Part shown: in pieces, positions 9,370 to 18,266 of the stretch | How positions within the stretch are numbered: position 1 is the stretch's first letter | How the letters are laid out: every line of letters begins with the position of its first letter | NCBI GenBank assembly: GCA_025449905.1 | Contig: JANWIN010000011.1 | Span: 724-64,723 of the forward strand | Reading direction: 5' to 3' | Length of the DNA stretch: 64,000 bases | Origin: Candidatus Saccharimonadales bacterium | GTDB lineage: Bacteria; Patescibacteriota; Saccharimonadia; Saccharimonadales; JANWIN01 | Translations under genes and position numbers: made by a program | Notes under the pieces: generated by a model | The model's input: only the letters and a program-made list of their open reading frames with translations | Databases searched by the model: none | What the model was told of the DNA's origin: nothing

Positions 9370-9446
9370 TGGTCGGGGTGACAGGACTCGAACCTGCGAC
9401 CTCACGGCCCCCAGCCGTACGCGCTAGCCAACTGCGCCACACCCCG
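9370..9446 (-). tRNA. tRNA-Pro(GGG)
   Basis: Cloverleaf, anticodon loop ct-GGG-gg, GGTTCGAGTCC, encoded CCA. Confidence 0.95.
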
Positions 9447-9474
9447 ACAATATTGGGCTATTATAGGGAAAAAC

Positions 9475-9642
9475 TTTGGACTTTGCATTTAAGTATTCTA
9501 GTAGGCGGCAATGAAGCGCGCAGTGAGGCGTACAAGCTGTACGGTGAACGAGCACTGCAATTGATAACAACGTAGAACACCAAAAGCACCAGCGGGGTTC
9601 GAGCTGCGCTCGAAAGCAGGCTGGTGCGGTGCAAAGCTCAAA
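9475..9642 (+). repeat. palindromic dispersed element (RPE-like), copy C
   Basis: Terminal IR tttggactttgca/tgcaaagctcaaa; core gtgaggCGTACaagctGTACGgtgaacgag. Confidence 0.7.
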
Positions 9643-9648
9643 TTAAAA

Positions 9649-9779
9649 AGCTGAGAAGTCAGTGTGACAACCTGTAATATTGATTACAGGTGGGTGCTCT
9701 CACGAATTGGCCACGGCCAGTTCAAATCTTGAGCTCCCCAATGATAAGTATTCAGATTATCATTTATGGCTTCCCAGCC
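9649..9779 (-). ncRNA. ssrS: short 6S RNA-like molecule
   Basis: Closing stem ggctgggaag/cttctcagct; ggggagctc and gagcacccacctg..caggtt as in Bacillus-type 6S; TATAAT at 9787-9792. Confidence 0.7.
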
Positions 9780-9794
9780 TAACTACATTATAGC

Positions 9795-10412
9795 TTAAGT
9801 TATAAATCTTAGAATAGCTTCATCGATATTAACCAGTAAGTCTGTAAATTGGGGTACCAATAATATTAAGCCAAAGACAACAAATATGCCAAATTGCTCA
9901 AGCTGGGCCATTACATTCTGCAAAGCCTCAGGGGCGAAAGCATAAAGCACCCGTGAACCATCCAGGGGTGGTATAGGTATCATATTAAACACAAACAGCG
10001 CAACGTTAAGCTGAACGAAGGCGTGAATCCATAGATAAGTATTACTGATAAGGCTAGGGTTTAAAATATTTAAGAAAAGCGCTGATAAAATAGCCAAGAC
10101 CAAGTTTGTCAGCGGCCCGGCAACGGCAATTAAAGCGGCACCAAATTCCTCGTATTTAACTCGGTTTGGATTAAAGGGTACCGGTTTGGCTGCCAGTATC
10201 GGAATGCCGAAGGCTATAGTGGTAATAATCGGTAAAATCAGCGTGCTAAACGGATCAATATGTTTAAGAGGATTAAGGCTTATACGGCCTTCTAGTTTAG
10301 CGGTGTCATCACCTAGCCAGTAACCTGTGAAAGCATGCATGGCTTCGTGTATGGTTATGGAAATCAGCAGGGCCAAGATAAGCACAACTAAGTTTGTTGT
10401 ATCTAAATCCAT
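9795..10412 (-). CDS. site-2 protease (peptidase M50)
   Basis: HEAMH, NPLKHID, AGPLTN, FNMIPIPPLDG. Confidence 0.92.
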   Translation of the reverse strand: MDLDTTNLVVLILALLISITIHEAMHAFTGYWLGDDTAKLEGRISLNPLKHIDPFSTLILPIITTIAFGIPILAAKPVPFNPNRVKYEEFGAALIAVAGPLTNLVLAILSALFLNILNPSLISNTYLWIHAFVQLNVALFVFNMIPIPPLDGSRVLYAFAPEALQNVMAQLEQFGIFVVFGLILLVPQFTDLLVNIDEAILRFIT

Positions 10413-10473
10413 TAGCCCAGTATAGCTTATTTATAGTTGACTCTAACGGTTAAAATCAGTAAAATAACACCTT

Positions 10474-10665
10474 ATGCAAAAGAGTGATTTAACCGGCAAG
10501 GGCAAGCAGTTTGGGCACAACGTTAGCTTTTCTCAGCGTCACACCCAAAAAGTTTGGAAACCCAACCTACAGACCAAAACTGTTGAGATTAATGGCCAAA
10601 AGCATAAATTTAAATTAAGTACTCAAGATATACGAACCCTGAAGAAAAAAGGTCTCTTAAAGTAG
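10474..10665 (+). CDS. rpmB: 50S ribosomal protein L28
   Basis: LTGKGKQFGHNVSFS, WKPNLQ. Confidence 0.93.
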   Translation: MQKSDLTGKGKQFGHNVSFSQRHTQKVWKPNLQTKTVEINGQKHKFKLSTQDIRTLKKKGLLK

Positions 10666-10667
10666 CG

Positions 10668-11294
10668 TTATTGTCTCTCTAAGACAATTAACTGAGCGGT
10701 ATCAGTCAGTTCAGCCAGTTTTACTTTAAGCTTGGCGGCTTTTTGATGAACCTCCATGGCCAATCCTGTGGTGGCTTCTTCCAGGCTCTGCAAGCTTCCG
10801 GGGTACTTCATGGCCTTGTCGGCGTAATAAGTTGGAATGATTACTCTTGGTTCAACTTTTTTAACTATTTTCAGGGCTTCTTGGCCGCTTAAGGTAAAGT
10901 CCGAGTCGCCAACCGGCACTACCATAACGTCAACCGGCCCAATAGCTTCTACTTCCGGATCTGTTAGCTCCGGATAGATATGACCGGTAACTAATAGTCG
11001 AACATCTTCGGCGGTGATTTTATAAATAATAGCTGATTTTTGCTTTGGTTCATCGCCGTGCGCCCGAGTAGCGATACCGTGCACAGAAACCCCTGAAACT
11101 TCATATTCTCCGGGGCTATCAATATTAAGCTTGGTGTCAGCCGCGTGTGGCTTCAGATCAGCGGTAAATAGAGCTACTGCACCCTCCTTAGTGACTGATT
11201 TGAGGCCAAGCTCAGTTAAATTATCATCAACTATTAAGGTAGCTTTTTTTGTATTTATTCTTAGGCAATTACCCCCGAAATACTCAATCTCCAT
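10668..11294 (-). CDS. MBL-fold hydrolase-like protein
   Basis: MEIEYFGGNCLRI, SPGEYEV, VPVG, PRVIIP; canonical His motif degenerate. Confidence 0.75.
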   Translation of the reverse strand: MEIEYFGGNCLRINTKKATLIVDDNLTELGLKSVTKEGAVALFTADLKPHAADTKLNIDSPGEYEVSGVSVHGIATRAHGDEPKQKSAIIYKITAEDVRLLVTGHIYPELTDPEVEAIGPVDVMVVPVGDSDFTLSGQEALKIVKKVEPRVIIPTYYADKAMKYPGSLQSLEEATTGLAMEVHQKAAKLKVKLAELTDTAQLIVLERQ

Positions 11295-11300
11295 ATATTT

Positions 11301-11903
11301 TTAGCCCTCACCGCTTAATAAGTTAGCTTTATCAATCAAAATTTGTTTTTTGGCATCCATTACGACACCTAAAAATCGATCATTAATCTGCAAACGATAA
11401 TTAAATTCATCTAGAGGCATAACAGCGTAGCGTATTTCTTTACCCTCTTTTTCTTCCAGCTCATTTATAAATTTTGTCAGTTTAGATTGGTTAATGTCGC
11501 CGACTATTACAAAATCTACGCCACTGGTCTCATCTCGAGTAAATTGACCGGTGTAAAGTGCCAGTTCAATGTTGCCAAGCGCCAATAAGTCTTGGTTTTG
11601 AACACTTTGCGGTTCGTCCTTTTTTGTACCTTTCTTCTTTTTTGTGGCAACACCACCGAAGATAGCCGACAACGGCCCATAATATTCATACGACTGATTA
11701 ACTTCATAGTACAGCCGGTTATTGGTGTTTTCCGAAGAAATAATTCCAATACTTAATAAGTTAGCCAGTTCGCGGCGAACCGAGTTAATTTGCTCATCAA
11801 TCTTTCTGGTAATTTCTCGAACGTAAAAAGAGCGGTTAGGATTGCTATAAAATAGCTGTAGCAGCTTTACCCTCGTCTTGGAACCAAATAGTTGCTCAAC
11901 CAT
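11301..11903 (-). CDS. winged-HTH regulator with nucleotidyltransferase-like C-terminal domain
   Basis: LFGSKTRVKLL, FYVREITR, NSVRRELANL; C-terminal VDFVIVGD. Confidence 0.75.
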   Translation of the reverse strand: MVEQLFGSKTRVKLLQLFYSNPNRSFYVREITRKIDEQINSVRRELANLLSIGIISSENTNNRLYYEVNQSYEYYGPLSAIFGGVATKKKKGTKKDEPQSVQNQDLLALGNIELALYTGQFTRDETSGVDFVIVGDINQSKLTKFINELEEKEGKEIRYAVMPLDEFNYRLQINDRFLGVVMDAKKQILIDKANLLSGEG

Positions 11904-11940
11904 GACAATATTGTATCAGAATATAATGCTTATGTAGATG

Positions 11941-12711
11941 TTATTTGTTCAAGAACGTTGTAACTAACTCTACAGCTATCTCTCTGTCATTTAGCCAGTG
12001 AATACTTTTGTTTCGCTTAAACCAAGTCATTTGACGCTTGGCTAGGGCTAAGTCATTGGCTTCGAATAATCTTTTTGCTTGCTCTAGGCTAATTTCCCCC
12101 TTTAGGTATTTTATTAAAGGTTTATAGCCTGGAGCATTAAAGGCTTCAGTATTTGGACCATATTTATCAAGCAGTTTGCTTGCTTCATCAATAACTCCTC
12201 GTTTAATCATTTCCTCAACCCGCTGATGAATTCTAATCTTTAAACTATCCCTATCAATGTCGAGTCCAAGGATAAGAGTGTTGGATCGAAGTTGCTGTTT
12301 TGTGCCCGGAGTTAGGCGATGTCTGGGGTTCTCAGGGTCATTGCCGCTCTTGGGGTTAAAATCATAATCAAAAAGTATACTGTCAACATAAAGGCCGCTG
12401 CCGCCTGCTAAAATTGGCAATTTACTGCGACTATGGATACTTTTTATAGCTTCTTGAGCTAATTTTTTAAATTCACTGGCATTAAACTTCTCATCCGGTT
12501 TTTTGATATCAATTAAATGGTGTTTGACCGTCGCCTGCTCTTCTTCGGTCGGTTTGGCAGTGCCAACATCCATGCCTCTGTAAACCGTTCGTGAATCAGC
12601 ACATATAATTTCGCCGTTAAACTTCATGGCAATATCTATAGCCAGAGCCGACTTTCCGCTAGCCGTCGGACCAACAATAACTAGTAGCGGCCCTATTTTT
12701 GAGGCCACCAT
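11941..12711 (-). CDS. miaA: tRNA dimethylallyltransferase (short form)
   Basis: GPTASGKS, ADSRTVYRGMDVGTAKP, GGSGLY, AKRQMTWF. Confidence 0.94.
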   Translation of the reverse strand: MVASKIGPLLVIVGPTASGKSALAIDIAMKFNGEIICADSRTVYRGMDVGTAKPTEEEQATVKHHLIDIKKPDEKFNASEFKKLAQEAIKSIHSRSKLPILAGGSGLYVDSILFDYDFNPKSGNDPENPRHRLTPGTKQQLRSNTLILGLDIDRDSLKIRIHQRVEEMIKRGVIDEASKLLDKYGPNTEAFNAPGYKPLIKYLKGEISLEQAKRLFEANDLALAKRQMTWFKRNKSIHWLNDREIAVELVTTFLNK

Positions 12712-13007
12712 AACAATTTTTCTATATCCACCTGGTAATCTTTAACTTTAACGCCTTCGGCCTCTAAAACTTGCCTGTGGCCCTCTACACCACCCGGAAA
12801 GCCGGTAGCTAGCTTACCGTCCTTATGAACAACTCTCTGCCAAGGCAGGCTTTCATCACCCCAGTGGGCAACCCCGCCAACAATCCTCGCCGCCCGCGGT
12901 TGGCCACACAACGCCGCAATCTGCCCATAGGTCATAACTCTGCCCTTGGGTATTTGAGCCACAAGTTTATATACTTGTTCTTTAAATTTATTGCTTGGTT
13001 TCTTCAT
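12693..13007 (-). CDS. MGMT-family alkyltransferase-like protein (ATL)
   Basis: IPKGRVMTYGQIA, PWQRVV (Trp in place of the catalytic Cys). Confidence 0.88.
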   Translation of the reverse strand: MKKPSNKFKEQVYKLVAQIPKGRVMTYGQIAALCGQPRAARIVGGVAHWGDESLPWQRVVHKDGKLATGFPGGVEGHRQVLEAEGVKVKDYQVDIEKLLWWPQK

Positions 13008-13290
13008 CTACTGGCCTGCCACCTACTCGAGGTTCAGCTAATTGATCTAAGCTTCCTGCCCCTACGCAGGCATCAAAATAAACAGCCAGAGCATCTTCAA
13101 GTTGCCAACCAGCCTCTAAACGGGTTGAACCCATTGTGCCTACATTTAGTTCAGGGACCCAAACCTCATACTGTTTTGTTTCGGGATCAAACGAATAACA
13201 AACTGACCAAGGTTTTTGAAGATAAGTATCTACGAGAAATTCGGTTTCAGTATCGGGTTGTTGAGGTTCTAACTCAGGTGCTTCTGACAT
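12988..13290 (-). CDS. HicB-like domain protein
   Basis: YEVWVPELNVGTMGSTRLEA..LEDALAVY resembles the HicB N-terminal domain. Confidence 0.55.
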   Translation of the reverse strand: MSEAPELEPQQPDTETEFLVDTYLQKPWSVCYSFDPETKQYEVWVPELNVGTMGSTRLEAGWQLEDALAVYFDACVGAGSLDQLAEPRVGGRPVDEETKQ

Positions 13291-13299
13291 TAAACTCTC

Positions 13300-14556
13300 C
13301 TATAGGGAAGTTTTGCTGGCGCGAGATTTGGCTTCTTCAGCTAGAGAATGTAAGAATTCTTCGGCATCCATACTAGCCCTAGTCTCTTTGGTCGCTATAT
13401 CCTTCCGGATTCTAGGCGTTAGCTTGCCAGATTCTATCTCTTTTTCACCAATCACCACCGTATATGGTACCTTCATAACCTCAGCACTACGAATTTTCTT
13501 GCTTACAGATTCATTTGAATTATCAACTTCTACTCTAATCCCCAGTTCTTTAGCCTGTTCAAGTATCTGATTAGCAAATTTAACAGTTGCTTTTTCTTGG
13601 TTTACGGTCAGTAATCGGATTTGCTCTGGCGCCAACCACAGCGGAAAATGACCCCTAGTGTGTTCTAGGTAAACTGATAAAAACCTCTCAAACGACCCTA
13701 GTAAGGCTTTATGTATCATAACTATCGGTTTCTCGCTGCCGTCTTTATCAATATAAGTTAGACCAAACCGTTCGGGCATAACAAAATCTAGCTGTTCGGT
13801 GGCTAATTGGTGCTCTTTGCCCAAGGCCGAAACCATAATATCGATTTTGGGTCCGTAAAAAGCTGCATCGCCTTCGGCAATAAAGTAGTCTAACTCTAGT
13901 TTTTTAGCTACACCTTCTATAGTTTTTTGGGCCAAATCCCAGTTAGCTTTCTCTCCTAAATACCCGGGTCCATTGTCGCGAAACGACAACCTAGCCCTAA
14001 ATTTTAGGTCAAATACCCCATACAACTCCTTGATCATTGACATAATGCTGGCGAATTCTTGGTCAATTTCATCTATCCTACAAAAAATGTGGGCATCGTC
14101 TATAGAAATAGAACGAACCCGTGATAAACCATTTAGCTCGCCCTTTTTTTCATCTCTGTATTGGATGGTATTTTCAAAATATCGGATCGGCAGTTCGCGG
14201 TAACTGCGCGGGCGGCTACTGTATATCTGTATATGATGCGGGCAATTCATGGGTTTTAGAACCATTTCGTCTTTGGTCTCTTGGCTTTTAACTAAAAACA
14301 GCTCGTCACCAAACTTATCCCAGTGTCCGGATGTCTTATAAAGCAAGTCCTTAGTAATATGCGGAATAGCTACCTTTTGGTAGCCATTTTTACGCTGTAA
14401 TTCTTCAGAAAAGCCCAGCAACTGATCACGCAACACTGTCCCCCTGGGCGTAAATAGCGGTAAGCCTGAACCAACTAGGTCAGAAAACACAAACAAGTCT
14501 AGTTCTTTACCGAGTCTACGGTGGTCATTTTCACTCAGTTTATCTGTCTCTTCCAT
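13300..14556 (-). CDS. thrS: threonine-tRNA ligase lacking N-terminal editing domain
   Basis: DHRRLGKELDLF, KPMNCPHH, GLSRVR, AAFYGPKID, QLDF, GSFERF. Start set at MEETDK. Confidence 0.95.
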   Translation of the reverse strand: MEETDKLSENDHRRLGKELDLFVFSDLVGSGLPLFTPRGTVLRDQLLGFSEELQRKNGYQKVAIPHITKDLLYKTSGHWDKFGDELFLVKSQETKDEMVLKPMNCPHHIQIYSSRPRSYRELPIRYFENTIQYRDEKKGELNGLSRVRSISIDDAHIFCRIDEIDQEFASIMSMIKELYGVFDLKFRARLSFRDNGPGYLGEKANWDLAQKTIEGVAKKLELDYFIAEGDAAFYGPKIDIMVSALGKEHQLATEQLDFVMPERFGLTYIDKDGSEKPIVMIHKALLGSFERFLSVYLEHTRGHFPLWLAPEQIRLLTVNQEKATVKFANQILEQAKELGIRVEVDNSNESVSKKIRSAEVMKVPYTVVIGEKEIESGKLTPRIRKDIATKETRASMDAEEFLHSLAEEAKSRASKTSL

Positions 14557-14597
14557 ATTGAGATTAATCATAACACTACCGACGAAGCTCATAAAAT

Positions 14598-14638
14598 AGA
14601 AAAACCGCTTAAACACTCTCGCAATTGTATTTAAGCGG
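14598..14638 (-). terminator. intrinsic terminator-like hairpin upstream of thrS
   Basis: ccgcttaaatac-N10-gtgtttaagcgg followed by tttttct on the minus strand. Confidence 0.6.
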
Positions 14639-14836
14639 CGGCTTCTCGGCAAGTAAAACTACTCACAAAACTTCACCTGGTAGAACCTAGCATAGCATAC
14701 TGGTACTATCAGGCTAGTATTAAAGTATTGTTAATAATACATGGTTCTCTGGGGACAATGGGGATAACTCCAGTTAAACTCATATATGGTATATGTTCTC
14801 TTTTTGGTCTCTATTTGCTATGCTTACCCCTGTAGT

Positions 14837-14913
14837 GGGTATGTAGCTCAGTTGGCTAGAGCGCCACATTGACGTTGTGGATGTCGGGGGTTCAAGTCCC
14901 TCCATACCCACCA
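14837..14913 (+). tRNA. tRNA-Val(GAC)
   Basis: Cloverleaf, loop tt-GAC-gt, GGTTCAAGTCC, CCA. Confidence 0.95.
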
Positions 14914-14941
14914 TTTTATTATGCTTAAGGTGGTAAACTTA

Positions 14942-14970
14942 TTGACTATTGCGTACTTTTATGTTAACAT
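14942..14970 (+). promoter_or_regulatory. sigma70-type promoter
   Basis: TTGACT-17 nt-TAACAT. Confidence 0.6.
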
Positions 14971-14975
14971 AAGCG

Positions 14976-15190
14976 AGTTAAATGGGAGGCACTCAATACG
15001 AGTACCACTAAACCTAGTGCGCTTAGTAGCTTTCAGCTTTTCTACGAAGAACTGAACTCCGCTAAGCAAACTGGTCGCATCAGGCGAATCCGTCCCGCGG
15101 CGATCAGCAAATTAGTTTAACAGAGGTGGTGAGATAAAATAGACGGAGAGACCCAGCTGGTTAAAACTAACAAGCTGGGTTTTTGCTTTT
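14976..15190 (+). ncRNA. candidate stand-alone structured ncRNA, unassigned family
   Basis: Promoter, multistem fold with possible pseudoknot, terminator; next gene is convergent. Confidence 0.6.
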
Positions 15191-15191
15191 T
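15151..15191 (+). terminator. intrinsic terminator
   Basis: acccagct-ggtta/taac-aagctgggt followed by ttttgcttttt. Confidence 0.7.
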
Positions 15192-15246
15192 AACTGCCCT
15201 TCTAGGCCATTTATAGCCCGCTGCAACGGTTTTTAACATCCTTATG

Positions 15247-16884
15247 CTATCTTCGTATCATCTTGGGTATAACGGCCTTTTCGGTAACGTCAAAAGTACC
15301 GATATAACGCCTAAAGGCCAAGTGAGTCTGCGAGTTAATCGCTGCCACCGAGTTAAAAATCACGCCTACTACCGGAGTCAGCACCCACTGCCAGAAAAAG
15401 CCAAAGATTCGGATGCGCTTGTGGTGAGGTGGTCGTTGCGGCAGAGTGGCCAGACCGATGTAAACCATAAATAACAGAGCTAGGATGCCTATGGTGTTAA
15501 TGCTGCTAACAAAATTCGGCAGCAGTTGGGTGGCGATAAGTTGGTCGGAGTTTTTAGTTAAATACAGGGGTATCCAGCCCGATAATAAGATAAGTGGCGC
15601 AGAGGTTGCCCATCCTACGTGAGACTCAATCAGCCGGCCAAACTTAGGCAGTAGATCGCGCTTAGAAATATTGTTTTTCGTAAAAAACCCTCTGGTGGCC
15701 ACGTAGGCGATGTCAGATGCTCCGTAAGTCCAGCGTCTTATCTGTTTAAACTGGGCAATGGTGGTTTTTTTTCTACCGCCAGCGTAGACCGCATCCTGAT
15801 AAATCGGCGCATAAATTGGCAATACTTCATGTTTGCCGTCGTAGCGAAAATAGGTTCGCCAAAATTGATGCCCATCCTCGACTATTGTTCTGACACTCCA
15901 AAAGTCGGTATCTATTAGGGCGTCCAGGCTTTGGGCGTGAGCCGAAAAGTTCCTAAGCGCATGAAGGCGCATCGAGTTGGCGGTGTGGAAATAGGTATTG
16001 GAAATAGCGCATATGCGCATAATTGCCGGCACATCCCAGATATTATTGTTATACATTGCTGTTGGCTGGTAAGACTTATGTTTGCGATCTTCGGCCGATA
16101 AATAAACATAAGTTAGGAGTGAGAAGAAGTTTTTATCCGGGCGGTTATCGGCATCTAGGGTTGTTACCAGGACTCTAGAGGGGTCAATGCCCTTTCTCTT
16201 AACCAAACGAGCTAAATGCCGACCGGCGTTGGTAGCATTTGCACCCTTGCCCGGCAATTCGCCTTCCACCAGCTTGTGCTCCACGGCTTCAGCGTGAAAG
16301 AACTTCTTTTTATATAGATTAATTGTCTCCAGAGTCTCTTTTTTCTTCTGCTGGCCTGCCCGTTCTTCATAGGCAATTAAAAGAATTGTTTTGCGCTCGT
16401 CAAAGCCGTTGGAACTAATAACATGCTCAACTGACGGGTGAAGAATAGCTTGAGACTCGTTGTAGGTAGCAATAATTACGGCGTGAAATACTTCATCCGG
16501 CAGCATATCAATATGATTGCCGGCTACCAGCCGCTGCATATTACGGATATGCCCTTTTATCAGAGTATTTTTGGCCCGCTTGTGGCGCTCATAGGCGTCT
16601 TCTGGCTTATAAAAATCTTGTAGCAGTGATTCCCAATTAACCTTGCGAGCTTTTTTTATGTTGCCGTATCCCTCTACCACCCGGACTGACATGGCTGTGG
16701 CCCGAATAAGCAAGATTAGAATGTAGGCGATGATGAAAAAGGCGGCGGCAGTGACGTAAAAAATGCTCAAGATTATTGGAATCAAGAAAATAGTCAGCGA
16801 CAAAAGTCCGGGGAATATCTCAAAAAACCGATAAATACCGTGGCGATCTTTGGGATACGGTATTTCTATGTTTTGAATATTCAT
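15247..16884 (-). CDS. membrane glycosyltransferase family 2
   Basis: ATYNE, GKGAN, TLDAD, IVEDG, QIRRW (QxxRW), multiple TM segments. Confidence 0.88.
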   Translation of the reverse strand: MNIQNIEIPYPKDRHGIYRFFEIFPGLLSLTIFLIPIILSIFYVTAAAFFIIAYILILLIRATAMSVRVVEGYGNIKKARKVNWESLLQDFYKPEDAYERHKRAKNTLIKGHIRNMQRLVAGNHIDMLPDEVFHAVIIATYNESQAILHPSVEHVISSNGFDERKTILLIAYEERAGQQKKKETLETINLYKKKFFHAEAVEHKLVEGELPGKGANATNAGRHLARLVKRKGIDPSRVLVTTLDADNRPDKNFFSLLTYVYLSAEDRKHKSYQPTAMYNNNIWDVPAIMRICAISNTYFHTANSMRLHALRNFSAHAQSLDALIDTDFWSVRTIVEDGHQFWRTYFRYDGKHEVLPIYAPIYQDAVYAGGRKKTTIAQFKQIRRWTYGASDIAYVATRGFFTKNNISKRDLLPKFGRLIESHVGWATSAPLILLSGWIPLYLTKNSDQLIATQLLPNFVSSINTIGILALLFMVYIGLATLPQRPPHHKRIRIFGFFWQWVLTPVVGVIFNSVAAINSQTHLAFRRYIGTFDVTEKAVIPKMIRR

Positions 16885-16896
16885 CGATCTAATCAG

Positions 16897-17250
16897 CTAG
16901 CGCAGGACCAGTAGCGCATTACTGACAATAATAGCTAGAACGATTAACAGCGTACCAAGGGCTAAAATTCCAACCCCGAAGTGGCGGTTAAATTGATAAG
17001 CGCGCAGCCCCAATATAGTGTTAAGGCCTAGCACCATAATGGCGAAAATTATAAAGGCTATTAAAGATGATGTGCCGCCGGTTTTAAAATCATCTATTCC
17101 GCCACTGCCCCGAAATTCTACAATATAGCCGTTTACGCGGCTGTCTAGACGAAGCAAAATTAGCAGTCCGCATAAAGCAGTCAAAAAACTGTTGACTGTT
17201 AAAAGTAGCAGAACCTGTCTGTCATGTAAAAATTTCTTTTCTGTTTGCAT
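16897..17250 (-). CDS. hypothetical membrane protein
   Basis: Three hydrophobic segments; co-oriented with the GT2 gene. Confidence 0.75.
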   Translation of the reverse strand: MQTEKKFLHDRQVLLLLTVNSFLTALCGLLILLRLDSRVNGYIVEFRGSGGIDDFKTGGTSSLIAFIIFAIMVLGLNTILGLRAYQFNRHFGVGILALGTLLIVLAIIVSNALLVLR

Positions 17251-17281
17251 TTATATTAATTCTACACCTTGTTTGAAGTTT

Positions 17282-17358
17282 TGGCGGGCCCGACCGGATT
17301 TGAACCGGCGATCTCCTCCGTGACAGGGAGGCGTGTTAGGCCACTACACTACGAGCCC
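17282..17358 (-). tRNA. tRNA-Asp(GTC)
   Basis: Cloverleaf, loop ct-GTC-ac, GGTTCAAATCC, CCA. Confidence 0.95.
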
Positions 17359-17435
17359 GCAACTGTCAGATAATATCAATAACAGAGGTAAAAAGCAATT
17401 TGGCGGGCCTTTCTTTGATATAATTCAGCACAATC

Positions 17436-17512
17436 GCCACCTTAGCTCAGCTGGCTAGAGCATCACTTTCGTAAAGTGGGGGTCCGGGGTTCGAGTCCCC
17501 GAGGTGGCTCCA
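17436..17512 (+). tRNA. tRNA-Thr(CGT)
   Basis: Cloverleaf, loop tt-CGT-aa, CCA. Confidence 0.95.
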
Positions 17513-17517
17513 GAATC

Positions 17518-17591
17518 GCGGGTATAGTACAGCGGCAGTATGTGACCTTCCCAAGGTTGAGACGCGGGTTCGACTCCCGCTACCCGCACCA
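17518..17591 (+). tRNA. tRNA-Gly(CCC)
   Basis: Cloverleaf, loop tt-CCC-aa, CCA. Confidence 0.95.
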
Positions 17592-17641
17592 TTATTTGAC
17601 ATATCTAAGTATTTATGCTAGTGTTAGCTTAGGTTACAAAA

Positions 17642-17992
17642 ATGAAAACACCTCACAACTTAAGTAATCCTTTCCCAGCTGCTCCCCTTGAAGGAGAAAG
17701 TTTAGAAGTTTTAGCCGCATCTCATGAAGTGTTTGAGCAAAGCGTCGTAAATGCCACGCGCTGGATAGACAGGAACTTGGGTGAAAAGGCCCTAGCTTTA
17801 GCACTTGTCTTCTTTAACACACCGGTCGGTCGGCCAATTGGCGAAGTTGCAATGGCTGAAATTAGTGCTACTAGCAAAATGAGCCCGGGTGGAATTGCTG
17901 TAGGCCTACTGACGCTTGGGGGGGCGCATTTATCTCAAAGGGTTAGACGACCCGCTACTCGGGAAGCTCTTCCCGTAGACCTCGTTCAATAA
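17642..17992 (+). CDS. hypothetical protein
   Basis: 116-aa ORF after tRNA-Gly; no motif recognised. Confidence 0.5.
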   Translation: MKTPHNLSNPFPAAPLEGESLEVLAASHEVFEQSVVNATRWIDRNLGEKALALALVFFNTPVGRPIGEVAMAEISATSKMSPGGIAVGLLTLGGAHLSQRVRRPATREALPVDLVQ

Positions 17993-18176
17993 GCATTCTT
18001 TCAATTCGTTTTTGTTCATTATCATCAATTGCCCCTTCCAACAAACCGATTTCATAGGCAAAAGCTAATTCTCCATAGGTTCTAACACCGAGTTTTTGGA
18101 AAACTAGGTTGCCCAAATTTCTGTCTCGAAAATCCATAATCCAAATAAACTCATTGCTTCTATCTTCGGCTTCCAT
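17955..18176 (-). CDS. hypothetical protein
   Basis: 73-aa ORF; TAAAAT shortly before ATG; KLGVRTYGELAFAY resembles a LuxR-type C-terminal helix. Confidence 0.5.
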   Translation of the reverse strand: MEAEDRSNEFIWIMDFRDRNLGNLVFQKLGVRTYGELAFAYEIGLLEGAIDDNEQKRIERMLIERGLREELPE

Positions 18177-18266
18177 GTATTTTATTTAGCATGGATGATA
18201 AAGAAACAGCAATATATTTAATCAATGCACCTTTTAGTAGTTATTATTATATCACTAACGAGATTT

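Noticed and set aside
15120..15190. T-box riboswitch
   Set aside because: GGTGGTGAG lacks UGGNACC and there is no downstream co-oriented gene.
17280..17409. tttggcgggcc repeated near tRNA-Asp as an att site
   Set aside because: Only 11 nt, on the 5' side of the tRNA, enclosing no cargo.
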